Made by a program: the position numbers and the translations under genes. Source: Adineta vaga (taxonomy: Eukaryota > Animalia > Rotifera). Taken from it: a stretch of DNA of 64,000 nt. Shown here one piece after another: positions 1 to 13,700 of the stretch. The notes below the pieces were generated by a model. It ran no database searches. It saw only the letters and a program-made list of their open reading frames with translations, and was not told where the DNA came from. The DNA lies in NCBI GenBank assembly GCA_021613535.1, contig CP075492.1, forward strand, positions 19,468,001-19,532,000, in the 5' to 3' direction. How positions within the stretch are numbered: the first letter of the stretch is position 1; every line of letters begins with the position of its first letter.

Positions 1-1
1 T

Positions 2-175
2 GGTATCTGTTTTGCTTCAGCCGTGGTGTTCATGTTTACACTTCTATCACGGTACTTAGCAGCATATGATAGAATTCGTCGCGACAAAACTAGAAATCAA
101 GCTGAAGAGGAAGCTAACAAACATGAGATCAAAGAATTGTTAGAACGTCAGAATGTCGATGCTACTACGGCCTAA
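2..175 (+). CDS. 3' end of a membrane-protein gene (last TM helix and charged tail), continuing from upstream of the window
   Basis: Open frame from base 2: GICFASAVVFMFTLLSRYLAAYDRIRRDKTRNQAEEEANKHEIKELLERQNVDATTA*. Hydrophobic helix followed by a charged tail; AATAAA at ~322. Confidence 0.5.
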   Translation, partial: GICFASAVVFMFTLLSRYLAAYDRIRRDKTRNQAEEEANKHEIKELLERQNVDATTA

Positions 176-1873
176 CTCTTTATCACTATAACACTTGGAC
201 ATATACCGTTATCACTCATATTCAATTTAAATTTATGATACCTATTCCCACTATTTTCCATTTAGCCTTAATTAACTTATCCTAGACAGAAACTACCTAT
301 AATACATATTGTGATCTATGTAATAAAATTGATCTATATAATGGAGATATAAACCAACTTGCTAATTTCAACGCTTGCTTTTTTAGCAATCGATCTTTGA
401 TATCTAAACTACTTGAAATACTATGCATAATCTGTTTTTAATTGAGAATGAATATGAAGTTTAGCTTTGCCGACGCATTTCATGGTATTTATTAAAGTAA
501 TGTAACACACATCAGGGCTCTACGCAAGAGGAAAACAGCTGATTATGAATTCGCTAACCATCCTAATCACCCAATGGGCAAACTTCGCTGTGTTGAAAAA
601 AAACGAAAGAAGGTCCAATATGTCGTGTTGTCTCTTTCATCGTAGTACACTATCAAAAAATACGAAACAGGAGCAGTGCTGCCATCTCTTCTGCTTTTTA
701 AGAGTAGGCGTCTGAGAAAACCTGATGAGATATGATATCGACGATGGTAGCATCTTTCAGATTTCGATGATTCTTTTATATGTTATAGGAAGTAGTGAAG
801 TTAGTGTTACCTGAAATGTTCAGCTCAATCGGATCACTCCTGTATATTATAGAAAAATTTGAAACACAAACAGGTTTTTCTGTATTTTTCATTGCCGGCT
901 TTTTTTATTTTTCTCGATTTTTCAGAGATTTTTGCGGAATATCCTTGAATAAAGGTGGCCTGTAAATGCGAGTTCCTTCAAAAGCTTTAGTCAATCGAGA
1001 AAAATCCATGAAATATCAATGATAAGATCAACTTTTTTTGTTTTAACACGTTTTTTGACCAAAATGTCGACCCATCCTATTTTCTGCGTCAACAAGCGCG
1101 TGCTCTAATATTTTTATCAGTGATAGAGGACCTCAAGGTCAAGTACAAAGAATGCTCAAAAGTTGTCACTCTTCAAAAACGAAGAAGATTTTGCAAAATC
1201 TTGACATACCATACATATCCAATAAAACGCTCATTTTTTATGATTTTGTCAGTTTTATTTATTATTTACAATCATTATCAACGATTGATCATAAAAATGT
1301 TTTTTTTATTCGTCTAGTACTGTTCTTTCTAAATTGAATCGGTTTGGAACTTCGTATATTATTTTTGTATTGTAAGAAGACATTGAAGTTACTTGCCAAA
1401 ATCTTCACGGAATTGTTGAAATTGAAGAGAATTCCTTTGATATTGTTCGAAGCACTGTCATGTTGTCATTCCAGTGGTCGCTTTTTACACTTCTTATAAC
1501 CTCTGTTATATCTAAATATGTTCACTTGAATCACGATTCTTTCTGATATCATCCCTCGTTCTATAAATTTTTTTCTTTTCATTCTGTGTATTTCTCTATA
1601 CATACGATACATGTCATTTTTGGTATTTACTATTGAATACTTCAGCTCCTTATGAATACATATATAAAGTAACTTGTAGTAACAAAATAGTGTAAAACTC
1701 TATTACTACATTTCAAACGAGATAAACCAAAGCGACATAAATAGCTATCGGCAATCAGCTATTATTAAAACATATCAGGAAAGTTTATATTTCACTCTTT
1801 TATTGCATTATAATTTTATTTCACCGTAACATCTTATTTATCTACTGATTATCTTTTTACAAACATTAGTATT

Positions 1874-3149
1874 ATGTCAATGGAAAAACAGTATTCAAGT
1901 TGTGTTTTTTATGAAAAACAAAAATGCAAGTCGTACTTACGTCAAAAAGGTAAAATTCATCTAGATCTATTTAAATTATCAATGCTCAATGAAGACATTC
2001 GTCGACATAGCATCAGTATAGTTATAGATCTCGCTACGTATACGGAGAGATCAGTTATCGTGTCAAGAATGGGTGTCTTCGATATATGTAACGGTGACGA
2101 TGTAATCTATGCATATCATCGATACTCTTATGTAATAATGTGGCGTCCAGCGCGATTATATCAATCACCATATCATAATCAGAAGAAGCCAAAGGCCACA
2201 CATAAGTTACCCACAGATTTTTACACAAAATTGATAGAAATATAATTTTTAAAGAGCAATAGATTCTATCAACTTTCAATTGAACAAAAAGTGTGTCGAA
2301 CCTGTTTAACAAAACTTAGGAATGTTAGTGAGAATAAAATGAAAAATGCAACAATTAATGAAGATGAATCCTCCGCAAGTAGATCCTCAAAAGTAGAAGC
2401 TCACCGACGAATACATGATCTTGCATTTCAGTTTTCATCTCAATTCACCGACAACAATTCAAATTCATATTTATATTGAAAAAGTCTTATTAAATGACGT
2501 TAATCAATCGTTAATGGCAATTTCGAACTATATTCAACTTATAAAATATCAAGTTCTACAACCGATTCATAATCTATATGTCATTATAAATCTATAGTGG
2601 AAGAATTTTCCTCGCTTATTTATAAATCTATGATACTTGGACAAGGTCAAAGACTTCTTGAAGTATTCGAAAGAAGTAACCCTAATGCTATTGATGATGA
2701 AACACTTGATCTTGGTACACAATCAATGTTCAATTGCAATCGTTATATGATTGACAAAAGCCGTGATATTCGTCAACAAAATGATCAATTGAATTTAATG
2801 AACATAAATACCATTTGACGGACACGCTTGACAAGACATCTTTTAGAATTTTTTTTATTTCTTATTCTCATCTGGCTTAATTCAATACGTTGCTTATGGT
2901 ACCACTTTCCTACGATTTGACAGAGGTGACAAAGTACTTGTACCACATGTTGTACGACCATGATGAAAAAACATGTATTTCAATTATACCATCAACATTG
3001 TGTACAAACATCATATGATCAACCTTTTAGCCGTTCAACTGTATATCGTTTACTAGGTGTATGTAAGATGCAACAGAAAAACAACAATCAGTGGTATGGA
3101 TAGCTTCTCGGTAGATGGAAATATTCGTTTTGATATCGTTAACGATGAT
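1874..3149 (+). pseudogene. Degraded DNA-transposon-like ORF (superfamily not assigned)
   Basis: Chain of frameshifted fragments: Cys-rich start, VCRTC, SGLIQYVAYGTTFLRFDRGDKVLVPHVVR, SRSTVYRLLGVCK and ISGMDSFSVDG. These resemble repetitive invertebrate transposon-associated proteins (from memory). Many stops and frameshifts. Confidence 0.4.
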
Positions 3150-3459
3150 TGTTAGCGATAACAGTTAGTACGTTGTTATCGCTAGCTTTTTCTTTTCACG
3201 TTCTTACATTAGATATCTCATGTGGGGTTCGATTTCACATAGAGACATATATATCTTTTTTATTCTCTCATTCGTCGGCCGTCTGACCTTCTGAACTAGT
3301 GTGTCCTTAGACGACCAGTTGTCTTTGAACTTAGACCGACGTCAGTCGTATTGTTTTTCTTGTGTAAAAATAAACTTTGTCTCTTCGGGAGACTTTATCC
3401 AAATTAATTGCAACTTCGTCATTAAGGTAGGACAGCCCAAAACTAACCGATCTATCACA
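3150..3459 (+). mobile_element. Possible solo LTR
   Basis: Starts TGTTAG, ends TATCACA, has an internal TATA-like run and AATAAA (~3369), and truncates the upstream ORF remnant. No target-site duplication seen. Confidence 0.3.
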
Positions 3460-4439
3460 GACCAATAAATTTTTATTGAATTCTTCCAGGTGACTAACGT
3501 CTAGGAAGCAGAAGTCTTTTGAATGAAATAAAACGCTAACACTAAAAAACGGCCGTATGAAGTGAAACGAAGTGGTGTCTATAAGTCCATATTTTACCAG
3601 AATATGCTTATAAATCGCAGAAAATCGTGAGGTTTTTTTTTTCTTTTGATAACTCGAGTATCAATTCAAACTATTCGATTTGTCCGAATGATTTAGAACT
3701 TCGGCTGTGCCAGTATATGAATATTTGTCGTTTGCTAGAAAGGGTAACGTTGGGTGATGAGAAATTATTAGGTTCTGTTTAATGGGTTTGTTTGCAACAA
3801 GAATGTGATGTTTTTACACAAAGAAAAACATTGTTTTTTTTAAAACTTTTTTTCTATACGAAGTCAACCACATTTCTTTGGTTAGCGTGCTCGGTTAGTT
3901 TCCAACGACCATAAAACACCTAGAATCGACTAGCTTGTACTGTAAGATATGAGGGTGTTCCAAATATGAACGATTTTCGGTTTTTAATTAAAAACAGTTA
4001 GGGCAGCTTAATTTTCTCAACCGCATATAGTGTGATATCGTGGAAAGTCGCTAAAATGAAGCTATGCATATTGCTTGTTCGCAGTACATGTAGTTGACAC
4101 GAGCAAAGTGAGAGAAATGACGATCTTTTATTTTATTTGATTACGGTATTTATATTCGACTCGAGTAGAATTAGTAAAATGAGACTGTTTGTGTTGCTCA
4201 TTTTTGATGACTCCGATGATTTCCAGTTATTCTGTGGTACGAAATATTCGTTCAAGATAATATGCAAAATAAATATTGCCATGTTGATGTCTGATATAGA
4301 CTGATTTAAAAAGCTATCAAATAAATTAAGTCGATCAAACTTCGAGGTAACCGATTCTAAATTTTTCGCTATAAAAATTGGTTAGCACATGAGAGTACAA
4401 GGTTAGAGAATATAGTATCATCTGACAGACACTGTTCAT

Positions 4440-5137
4440 CAGAAAATTCACAGTACACTTTGTATTTGTATTTGCGCATCTCTCATATGATTCGTGTTGA
4501 AAATGAATTTTCACTCCTGAGTCATCAATTATTACGTCAAACTACTATTAATGAACATAGACGAGTAAGACGCATTTCAAAAACAATGGATACTGTTAAC
4601 TTACCTGCCAATATCGACCCATTAGTTAAAACAAAATTATTCAACGACGAGAGCGAGCCAGTCCTATTATTATTCATCATAATCATAAAGAGCTTTATTC
4701 CCATTATAAACCGGTTATTCATCGAATATGGAATGCTACTCATCAAAATAATTCGATTCCAATCATAAAACTTATTGTGGACAGTCGCAAAAATACAAAT
4801 CTGTGAAAAGAATCTGTCGGACGAAATCCATCTATTAACAATCGACAAGCAACTAAGAATAAATCAGTAGTTAACTGATTAAATTTTATTCCCAAGCCGA
4901 TTTGAACTAACTAAAATTTTCCGCTTCTATCACGGCTGCGTACATATTTCTCTACCATTCCAGTACTTACCATCTATCCGTTCTTTTTCATTCGTCCGTT
5001 TCAAAACAATCTACAGCTGCTATTTTCTTAATCCACCTCAACCCATGACACAAGACTCTTGCCTTTAGAACATCTTTACAGACACATGGTTGGAAAGTGA
5101 TGATACAACATTCCTCATACTAGACGACGACTCATAA
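4440..5137 (+). pseudogene. Degenerate C-terminus of an Athena/Penelope-like reverse transcriptase plus a small downstream ORF remnant
   Basis: One frame reads SPIIIHHNHKELYSHYKPVIHRIWNATHQNNSIPIIKLIVDSRKNTNL*KESVGRNP. This resembles my recollection of the Athena RT C-terminal extension (LIIHYxH...IHxIW...LIVGxRNxxNL..ELV..xP). Frameshifted, with stops. Confidence 0.45.
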
Positions 5138-5217
5138 AAAGATACTTAAAACATGCCAAATCTTAAGAGTTTGTATTTCGGCGGACGAAGACGAACTTCA
5201 AAAACCGAATCGTCCAG

Positions 5218-5612
5218 TTGAGACTGATGCGGCAGTGCCGTTATTCAAAGCAAAACTGAGCTGCGAAAACCTTTTGGCTCTGTTGACAGCGACAGTGCCA
5301 TTGATAGAAGCAAAACTAAGGGAAAAGAACTTATCGGCCTGTTGACAGCGACAGTGCCGTTATTCAAAGCAAAACTGAGCTGCTAAAACCTTTTGGCTCT
5401 GTTGACAGCGACAGTGCCATTGATAGAAGCAAAACTAAGAAAAAAGAACTTATCGGCCTGTTGACAGCGACAGTGCCATTGTTAGAAGCAAAGGTAAACA
5501 AAAACAACTTTCACAGGCTGTTGAGATGCATAGTGCCACTAATGAATGGAAAACTAAAATAAATAAACGTATTATGCTGTTAATAGTGAGAGTACTACTC
5601 TTCAAAGCGAAA
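5218..5612. repeat. Minisatellite with alternating 59/60-bp units (119-bp higher-order dimer), about 6.5 units
   Basis: TGTTGACAGCGACAGTGCC...AAGCAAAACT recurs at 5281, 5340, 5400 and 5459, with degenerate copies at ~5218, 5519 and 5577. Confidence 0.9.
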
Positions 5613-7250
5613 CCTAGTTGAAAACATCTTGAGGGTGTGGGTGTATTGAGGTGGTTATAGGATGATGGCGGTGAGTGTGGGTAGCTGTTGATGCGGGCAG
5701 TATATTTACAATTGAATCTGATCGACAGGTAGGGACATTCACTTCGTCAATATTTGGAAGAGATTGAGAGCAGAAAAACATTTTTATTGTCGACAGCAGT
5801 GGGTGAAGAGGGTCGAAACAACGAACGTTACTTGTAGATTTGAAGTGAGTTGAACCTAACTTTGAGTGGTGGTTTACGAAGCTGTTGGGATGTTTCGGAT
5901 TGTGTGGCTATTCCATGATGAGGGTGAGGGTGAGATAGTGATCGATTGCAAGTAGGTGTTCACCACATTCACTTACACACTTTTCGACATTGTTACATTT
6001 CGATGTTTTTTTTCGATATTTATGTTGTCCGACGTTTTTGTTGTGTATATTATTACTTTTGACATTATTAGGATGACTTGAACTAATCATTCTTGTTTTG
6101 ATACTAATATTGAAAATCATGCATAGTGAGTACATTTCTAACAGTCAAGAAAAATTCTTCTTTCTCTGACGTATCTTACCAAAAGTGAATATCCGTTAAA
6201 AAAGGTTGTTCAGAAACAATTAGAAGTTTTTGACTGCATATGAGCCCATAGGAGTTGCCGTTAATTGATGATAGGGAGCTAAGAGTCCACGCTATTTAGA
6301 GCACAAACTCAAACTGGTGTCCGAGAAAAGTATACTTATTAGATGCAGATCCGACCGGGACCCAATCAAATTCATACCGAAGTTTTTCACCGACATAGTA
6401 TCCTCCATATACATAAACGTGTAGAAAATCAAAGTCATATGTACTTTTAATTAGTTACTAGCAGAAAAGTACGTGATATTTCGTATTTGAAATAACTGTT
6501 TGTCATTTTTAGAATTAAAAAGAATTAGAAAATCTTCAAAATGAAGAAAATAATGCTATACATTGACTTCAGCTCCGCCGAATTTCAATTTGAGTTTAAA
6601 CCGCCGTGAATCAGCTCTGTATTGATAATAATAAAAGAGTCAACTTGAATAATTGAATTTCTAGATATTACAGTTTCACCCTTTTTTTCACTCTTTGAAA
6701 ATAATTCTAAAGCCTTTTTTTTCTACAAAGGAATTAGAAGACTGTACTATTTGTATAATACTGAGAATTTTTTAGTAGTGAATTCAAGACTAATTCTAAG
6801 GAAAAATATTTTTTGAACTTTAAATACTACAATGTAATGTAATGTTCATCACAATATAAAATTATCTATTCGAGTTACGGTAATAAGCTATCGGAAGACA
6901 TTCTATGAACGATAAAAAGCAATCGAAATATTGACTCACTGGGAATGAATAATTGGAATACATTGTACAATTGTAGATTTATGCATCTTTTCTTACATCT
7001 AGCTAATACACAACGAGTATCGTCGACACCATACATTTTGTTTTTAACGAAAATATAATGGTGCAAAATACAGCTAAAGCAATATGATATGCTCGTTACG
7101 TGTATTCGTCGATATAATGAGAAATGGTAAAATTTATTGAAGCATAACTGCATAACAAGTGAATGAAAACACGTGTTTGTTTATTCTGTCCTTGCATATC
7201 GTAATAGATCAGGTAGAAAATTGCTTACCATATGACGATTGTATGAATTA

Positions 7251-7507
7251 CAGTCATGTTTCGTAATAACAACATTCAGCAATTTTTTAGATCTTAATAG
7301 CTGCACTCCAGCAAAATTGACGTAAAAACGGCTATTCTAAGAGAAAGAACATTTTTGATAGTTTTTACTTCGAAAACAAACAAAGGTTCTTCTGGCAATA
7401 TTGTAGGCCATATCGAACTCTATCTCAATTCAAAGATTCATGAGAATTGAACTATGATATAAGGAGGAAAAAACTTGCTGAAATATTGTTATTGCGAAAA
7501 ATGATTG
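7251..7507. mobile_element. Tc1/mariner-type MITE
   Basis: TA|CAGTCATGTTTCGTAATAACAACATTCAGCAA ... TTGCTGAAATATTGTTATTGCGAAAAATGATTG|TA: imperfect ~32-bp TIRs with TA on both flanks. Confidence 0.7.
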
Positions 7508-8402
7508 TACTCGTCCTTCTTATTTCTTTTTTATAATATGACTCCTGAATTGATCGATGTATGAGGTGACTTCGAAGAAAATTTAAATGAGTTTATTGCT
7601 ATACATATACGAAACAGTTGTGTTATGCGGAATTGTAAAGTGATTTCAGAAATTCAAATTGTAGTTTCAGATTTACTAGAAACTTTTGAATAAAACAAAG
7701 CATGTATTTTCTTTGATTAACATAATACTCAAGTGTACAAGACTTTTTGTCCATGGTTACTATACATTTCCTTCAGCCCCTTTTACAATCACAATGTCTT
7801 CATAAGTTTCTACTGATTTCAGATCTATTAATTTATCATCGGATCGATTGCTAACCTTTTTCTTTCCACAGAAATGCCATTTTCTGCAGGGTTATATTTC
7901 TTGACTGTAAAAAGAAGGAGTTTTACCAAACCACAAAAGGTTTCGTAGAAAAGGCTCAGTACGAAAGTCCCTTAGAGTCAAGTGGAGTCAGACGGAGTCA
8001 ACTGGGGGATCAAAGTGGGATGACAAGCGGTCTCATAAAATTCTTGTCTATCTTTGAAATCCATTATAGAAATTTTGTTCTGCCCTCTTTTTATTTGTTT
8101 CGATCATATGTACTATTAGATGAAAGATTAATGAATCTTTGCTTAAATACAAATATACACTATATTTATCTTATTCGAATTTATTATATCCACGCATTCT
8201 AAAACTATAACGTCAAGAAAATGTTACATAAAAATAAATTAGTTTTTCTTATTATTTTGCTGCACTCGAACTAATCGATCGCTTAAAGGTTTACTTTTCT
8301 GCCAGCTAATAATTAGCAAGCAGTTTATTTACGTATACATTTTATTTCATCATTAATTCTTACTGTAAAATAAAAACGTTGCATGTCATGTTCAACTCTA
8401 CC

Positions 8403-8457
8403 GAGGGTGGGTGTGGGTGTGAAAGAAGAGAAGATACCCACACCCACACCCACACCC
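8403..8457. repeat. Telomeric-repeat fold-back: (TGTGGG)n - spacer - (CCCACA)n
   Basis: GAGGGTGGGTGTGGGTGTG-aaagaagagaaga-TACCCACACCCACACCCACACCC. Confidence 0.85.
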
Positions 8458-9873
8458 AAATTCACTAAGTAGCCTAAGGATCTGCTAGAGGATAAAAAAT
8501 AAAGATTCTATGATACATCAAAGATGCTCTTCGTCAAGGTCGAAAATTTCATATCTCTTAATCTAAATTATTTTCAAGTTTCCTACATTTACAAGGAGCT
8601 ATTTTTAATCAAAATATAATTTTAAAAGCAGTTCGTAATTTGAGGATCTTTTCTCGATCGTTTCCGCGTATTTATCGTATGTTTTTTGTGTAAAGCTCGT
8701 AGAGCTGTGCCTGATGTCAAACAGAAGAACAAGATCAATAACGATACCAAATCTTTATAATAAGAAAAGTGTTTCAAACAATGGACTAAGCAGATATTTT
8801 CGATACGCCTTCAACATATTTATGATAGCTTTTGCCAAGATTGTCTTTATTCTTTGATTATGTTTTCGAACAATTCAAATGAGTCTTCGTGCTGAGTAAC
8901 GAATTCAGATACACGTGTATAGTTATGTTTGACCAACATGGTATAATTATCCTTAGGGAAGAACGGAGGTGTATAAGATCGAAAATAGATCTATCATCAA
9001 CTAAATCAAGTAAATATATGAAACGATGCAGAATGAGACAACGAATCTTTCTATGATAAATGAAAGTCGCTTTAGAAAATAATCAAAGATTTCCAATGGA
9101 CATTACTATCATGTACTTTCACCCTTTTTTTTTACCATAGAATAAGACTGTATTTCAAGATATCTTCTGGTTGTAAATGAGTGTTGATCTAGTGATCAAA
9201 CAGCACTATTAGAAAGAGCGCGAAATCTTGCCTGAATAATATATTACTCATCCCGAAAAAATATTTAGCCTACGAACTTATGACGGCCGAATGATGATGT
9301 GTGTTAATACTGAAAACGATTTTTGATTTTTTTTTGACATTTTTCAAGTACTTTACTAAGAACTCGAAATAAATGAAAATTGTATAGGTTCGAATTCGAT
9401 ACGGCTTCTTGTTAATAATATCTATCTATTCACAAAACAGAGACTTTCATCGCGCAGTCACTGTTATGCATATCTTTGCCAAAAAACTTTCCGCGAAATT
9501 GTAAGATAAGAGATCAATCGATTATATCAGTTGGCAATATCATGGATGTCATCACACAACGAGTAAATATATGATTTTATTTTTACTTTTATAAAAGAAA
9601 AAAACGATGCGAATGTTGTTTTTTGCTTATGTGAAAGCGAAAATATACGACATATGGCTTTCTTAATATTCTGTTGACAAACATAAGAAAGGCGACAAAA
9701 GTACTGCATTGTTATAAGAAATAATCTTTTAAATTCAATATATTTTGTTTTCGTCAAAAGACGACTAACTTGTTTACAAATGTCGAAGAAAAAAAGTCGA
9801 AGCATCAAAATGTAAAGACTTTGGGTATTCGAAAGAACTAAACGAAAAGTGTATGAGTGTGCAGTTTAAAGAA

Positions 9874-9931
9874 GGCGGGTGTGGGCGATAGCTAGATGTA
9901 GTACTCACACCCACACCCACACCCACACCCT
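9874..9931. repeat. Telomeric-repeat fold-back
   Basis: GGCGGGTGTGGGCG-atagctagatgtagta-CTCACACCCACACCCACACCCACACCCT. Confidence 0.8.
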
Positions 9932-10719
9932 TGCTGATCTGGAAAAGTACTCTAATTTATTGTAAAAATTGCCATTCATCTTATCCAATGGTGGATCTGA
10001 CTATCGTCTAGTCTAGACATCTATTCAACACGAAACGTGCCTTGTTTTTTTGGATAATCTGAATCTGATAGATGATGACGCGTTTCAGACACCATTTTAG
10101 CTGAGCATACACTGAATTTTTTTCAGACAGATGAATGATTGAATATTGAGGTTTCTATTAATATAAATAAAAATAACCATTAAGAATAAAGCTAACAGTG
10201 AGAGTGATGTAAACTTGTGCTCAAGTTAGTATAGCTAACAGAGTGAACAATAACTACATATTGTTGACTGAATGAAACAAGAAACTAGCGGCATCTTTTC
10301 AAATGTAATTTCTCGTACAAATATCACTGGTTAATTACGCTAATTAACTATCAAAATATTTTCTTTTCAGCATTTATTTTCGTACTCTTCGTTGTTTTGT
10401 TCTATCCAGATCATTATTTTTATGATATACCGTATGCATAGAATGAGCACATCTTCGTTATTCATATATGTAAAGACAGAATAGAAAAAAAATCATTGGT
10501 TAAAGAGCAAACCATTATTGAATGAGTATCCACATTCAACGTCGGAGTCCTTTTTTAGCTAATAAATTTTTTCTGTTCTGTCTATTTTGGTTACATTGCA
10601 TCAGACTGTCTACAAAAGGTTACATTGCATCAGACTCTCTATTCTTGCTTATATTACCTTAAATTTTCAGGTTTTTTCACTTCATGAGATACATTTTTAG
10701 TAGTTGCTCGCTTTGACAC

Positions 10720-13700
10720 ATGGCTGCAAACACGAATGTCTCGTCGGATTTGGCTTCGAATACAACGACTTCTCAAGCATTCAGCAATAACGATCCCAGG
10801 GATTTGATCAGAACGCAGAGTGCTCTTATCCGTCAACTAACTGAACAGGTACGTCCTGAAGCCTTATGTTATTATTTCCCCAGCATTCTCACAGATATGC
10901 GTCGATATAATTCCCTAATCATGGGGAACTTGTTTTATCAGTCACTATTGCACAATATATTATACGTAAGATATTCTATCAACCGATTCGAGTATTTCCT
11001 TTTATGATTCGCTTCTGAACAGCTTCTAAGATAATTCTCACTGGTTGCAAGTAGAACTCGACGAGTTCTATCAATTATAAACATCTCTTATAACCATAGA
11101 CTTTTTTTGCTCAAGAAAAATCCAAAATACTAACCAAAACCTCGAAACTAGCAGTATTTCATTTCCCCCAATCGACTGTGTGCTGGCTCCAATGGAACCA
11201 ACACTGGTTTCAGATAGATCTCAACGAGCTCTATGAATCCCAGGGGTTCCTTTCTCTTCAAGATCCCTCCTTGCCAGTCAAAACCCCAAAATACCGCCGA
11301 AAATCAGGAAATCTCGTATTTTCTCTCCCGATTCCATTCTCACAGGGATCTAATGTAGCCTACACTAATTGCAAGTAGATCTCAATGGGCTCTCTCGATC
11401 CCTAATTTCACTTTTGTTCATAGACCTTTTCTTGCCCAAGGAAAACCTAAAATATTGACCAAAACCTAGAACTCTTAGTATTTTCTATCCCGATTCCATT
11501 CTGTGCCGCTTCCAATGTACCCAGCACTGGTATTTAATAGATCTCATCGAGCTCTATCGATCCCAAAGGCTGTGTTTTCATTGAGACAGCTCATCGGGCA
11601 ACATAGTTGTCAAATGTCGGTAACAACCCATACAAATATCAGAAATACCGCCTTTGCTTTGTCCCTAACATGCTTCCAATATAATTGTCGATGTTTCTTA
11701 GTAGATCTCGACGAGGAATCTCGATCCCACAGGCTCCTCTGTTCTTTAGACCGCTTGATACCCGAAAACCTGTAAAAGTTTGGAAGGGTGGGTGGGTGAG
11801 TGTGGGTGAATACAAGAAACTCTCATCCACACACACCCTCAAGATGGTTACTTTTTAAACTCGTATTAAGAAATAACTTGGTTGTAATTTAGCAACGCAA
11901 TCTCTACGAGAAAGAGCTAAGAGAGTCCTCGAGCGAGCGCTCCTTGTTAAATAAAGGATGCTAAAGAGAGAAAGGATAAAAATGTCATTTGCTTGTTTTT
12001 TTAGTCAATGAAAAAGAATAATATCTTCTTTTGGTTTAATTTAGATTAACGATGCTATGGCAAAAATGACACCTAATGAAGAAGATACTGGGTTTGTCAT
12101 CAAAACGCCTCGAGTAAGTAATTTCTTAGCACGCCGATTGATATTCATATTATCTTTATGAATTTTGTAGGGAACGCGAGATTATCATCCAGCTCAGATG
12201 CGAATTCGTGAAGAGGTTTTTCGTACAATTACCGACTGTTTTAAACAGCACGGAGCCGAAACAATTGATACGCCCGTCATAGAACTCAAAGTATATTTTG
12301 TTTCATATATTTTGTTTTTGTCTCAATATTTTCTTTGATTTTTATTCCAGCCTCTACTTACGGAAAAGTATGGCGAAGATTCTAAGCTCATTTATGAGCT
12401 TAAAGATCAAGGTGGAGCTGAACAGTTGGCATTAAGATACGATTTGACTGTTCCATTTGCTCGTTATCTTGCTCAAAACAAGCTCTCGCACATGAAACGA
12501 TATCACATTGGTAAAGTTTATCGACGGGATAATCCAAAAATGACCCGAGGTCGATATCGTGAGTTTTACCAGTGTGATTTTGATATTGCCGGTGACTATG
12601 CATCGATGGTACCTGATGCCGAGTGTCTTAAAATAACTGTCGAAATTCTTGACAAACTTGCGCTCGGACCGTTTCGTGTCTATGTAAGTCAATTTGAGAG
12701 TGTGGATGTGGGTGAAGGTAGCATATTTAAAAGAAACGTAACTATAGAAGATTATTTCCAATAGTGAATTTGTGAGTTTGATGCATCGAATGGATTTTTA
12801 ATTGCATTCGTATCCATTTTAATCTCGGATTAGTCTTTGTCTTTCTGAACGTTGTGATTTCTAAATAAATCTCGCTACTCTTTTATAGTTTGAGATGGAG
12901 ATTAATCAGTATAGGCAACATATATTTTTCTTGACAGACTTTCCTTCTAAAAAAAGAACTTTTTCTTATTTTTCAGCTCAATCATCGAAAATTGCTCGAT
13001 GCGATTTTTGCTGTGTGCGGTGTACCTGATGCACTATTTCGTCCGATTAGTTCATCGGTGGATAAACTTGATAAAGTTTGTATTTTCGTTTCTTTTTATT
13101 TTGAAAATATCCATCGATACTATTTTGCAGACACCATGGGATACTGTTCGGAATGAAATGGTCAAAGAAAAAGGTTTACAAGGTGACATAGCCGACAAAA
13201 TTTGGTCATATGTACAGTTACACGGTTTGTATCTTCTCGTTTTCTTTATCGATTCGATTGGATTATTGTAATAGGTGGTGCCGAACTGGTCGACCAACTT
13301 CGAAAGGATTCACAATTGTGCGCACAATCAACGGCTATCGAAGCGCTCAATGAACTTGAATTACTCTTTCGCTATTTGAAATTGTACGGTGTGATGGACA
13401 AAGTAAGAAACATCAACATTTTATGACTGATACACTTCTTTTTTTCTAGATCGTGTTTGATTTGAAACTAGCGCGCGGTCTGGACTATTATACTGGTGTC
13501 ATCTTTGAAGCTACACTCAATTCTTATCAATATGATCCAACATTAGGTGAGGATCAAGTAGCAGTAGGAAGTGTGGCAGGTGGTGGTCGATATGATGAAC
13601 TCGTAAACAAGATCGATTCACGCCAAAGTCGTGTACCCTGTATTGGTATGAGCATCGGCGTTGAACGCATTTTTTCCATCAAAGAACATCAACTTACTGT

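Noticed and set aside
716-750. CTGATGA followed by a GATA/TATC stem, a possible hammerhead
   Set aside because: GAAA is replaced by GACG and there is no convincing stem I or III.
5218-5612. CRISPR-like repeat/spacer appearance
   Set aside because: The 'spacers' alternate between two sequences rather than being unique, the context is eukaryotic, and there are no cas genes.
10589-10637. 19-bp direct duplication GGTTACATTGCATCAGACT upstream of HARS
   Set aside because: Could be a duplicated promoter site (TTGCATCA resembles an ATF4/CEBP amino-acid response element), but a local duplication explains it equally well and nothing here can distinguish the two.
11893-11960. Possible extra HARS exon (QRNLYEKEL...)
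   Set aside because: It has an acceptor but no convincing donor; exon 1 splices in frame directly to 12044.
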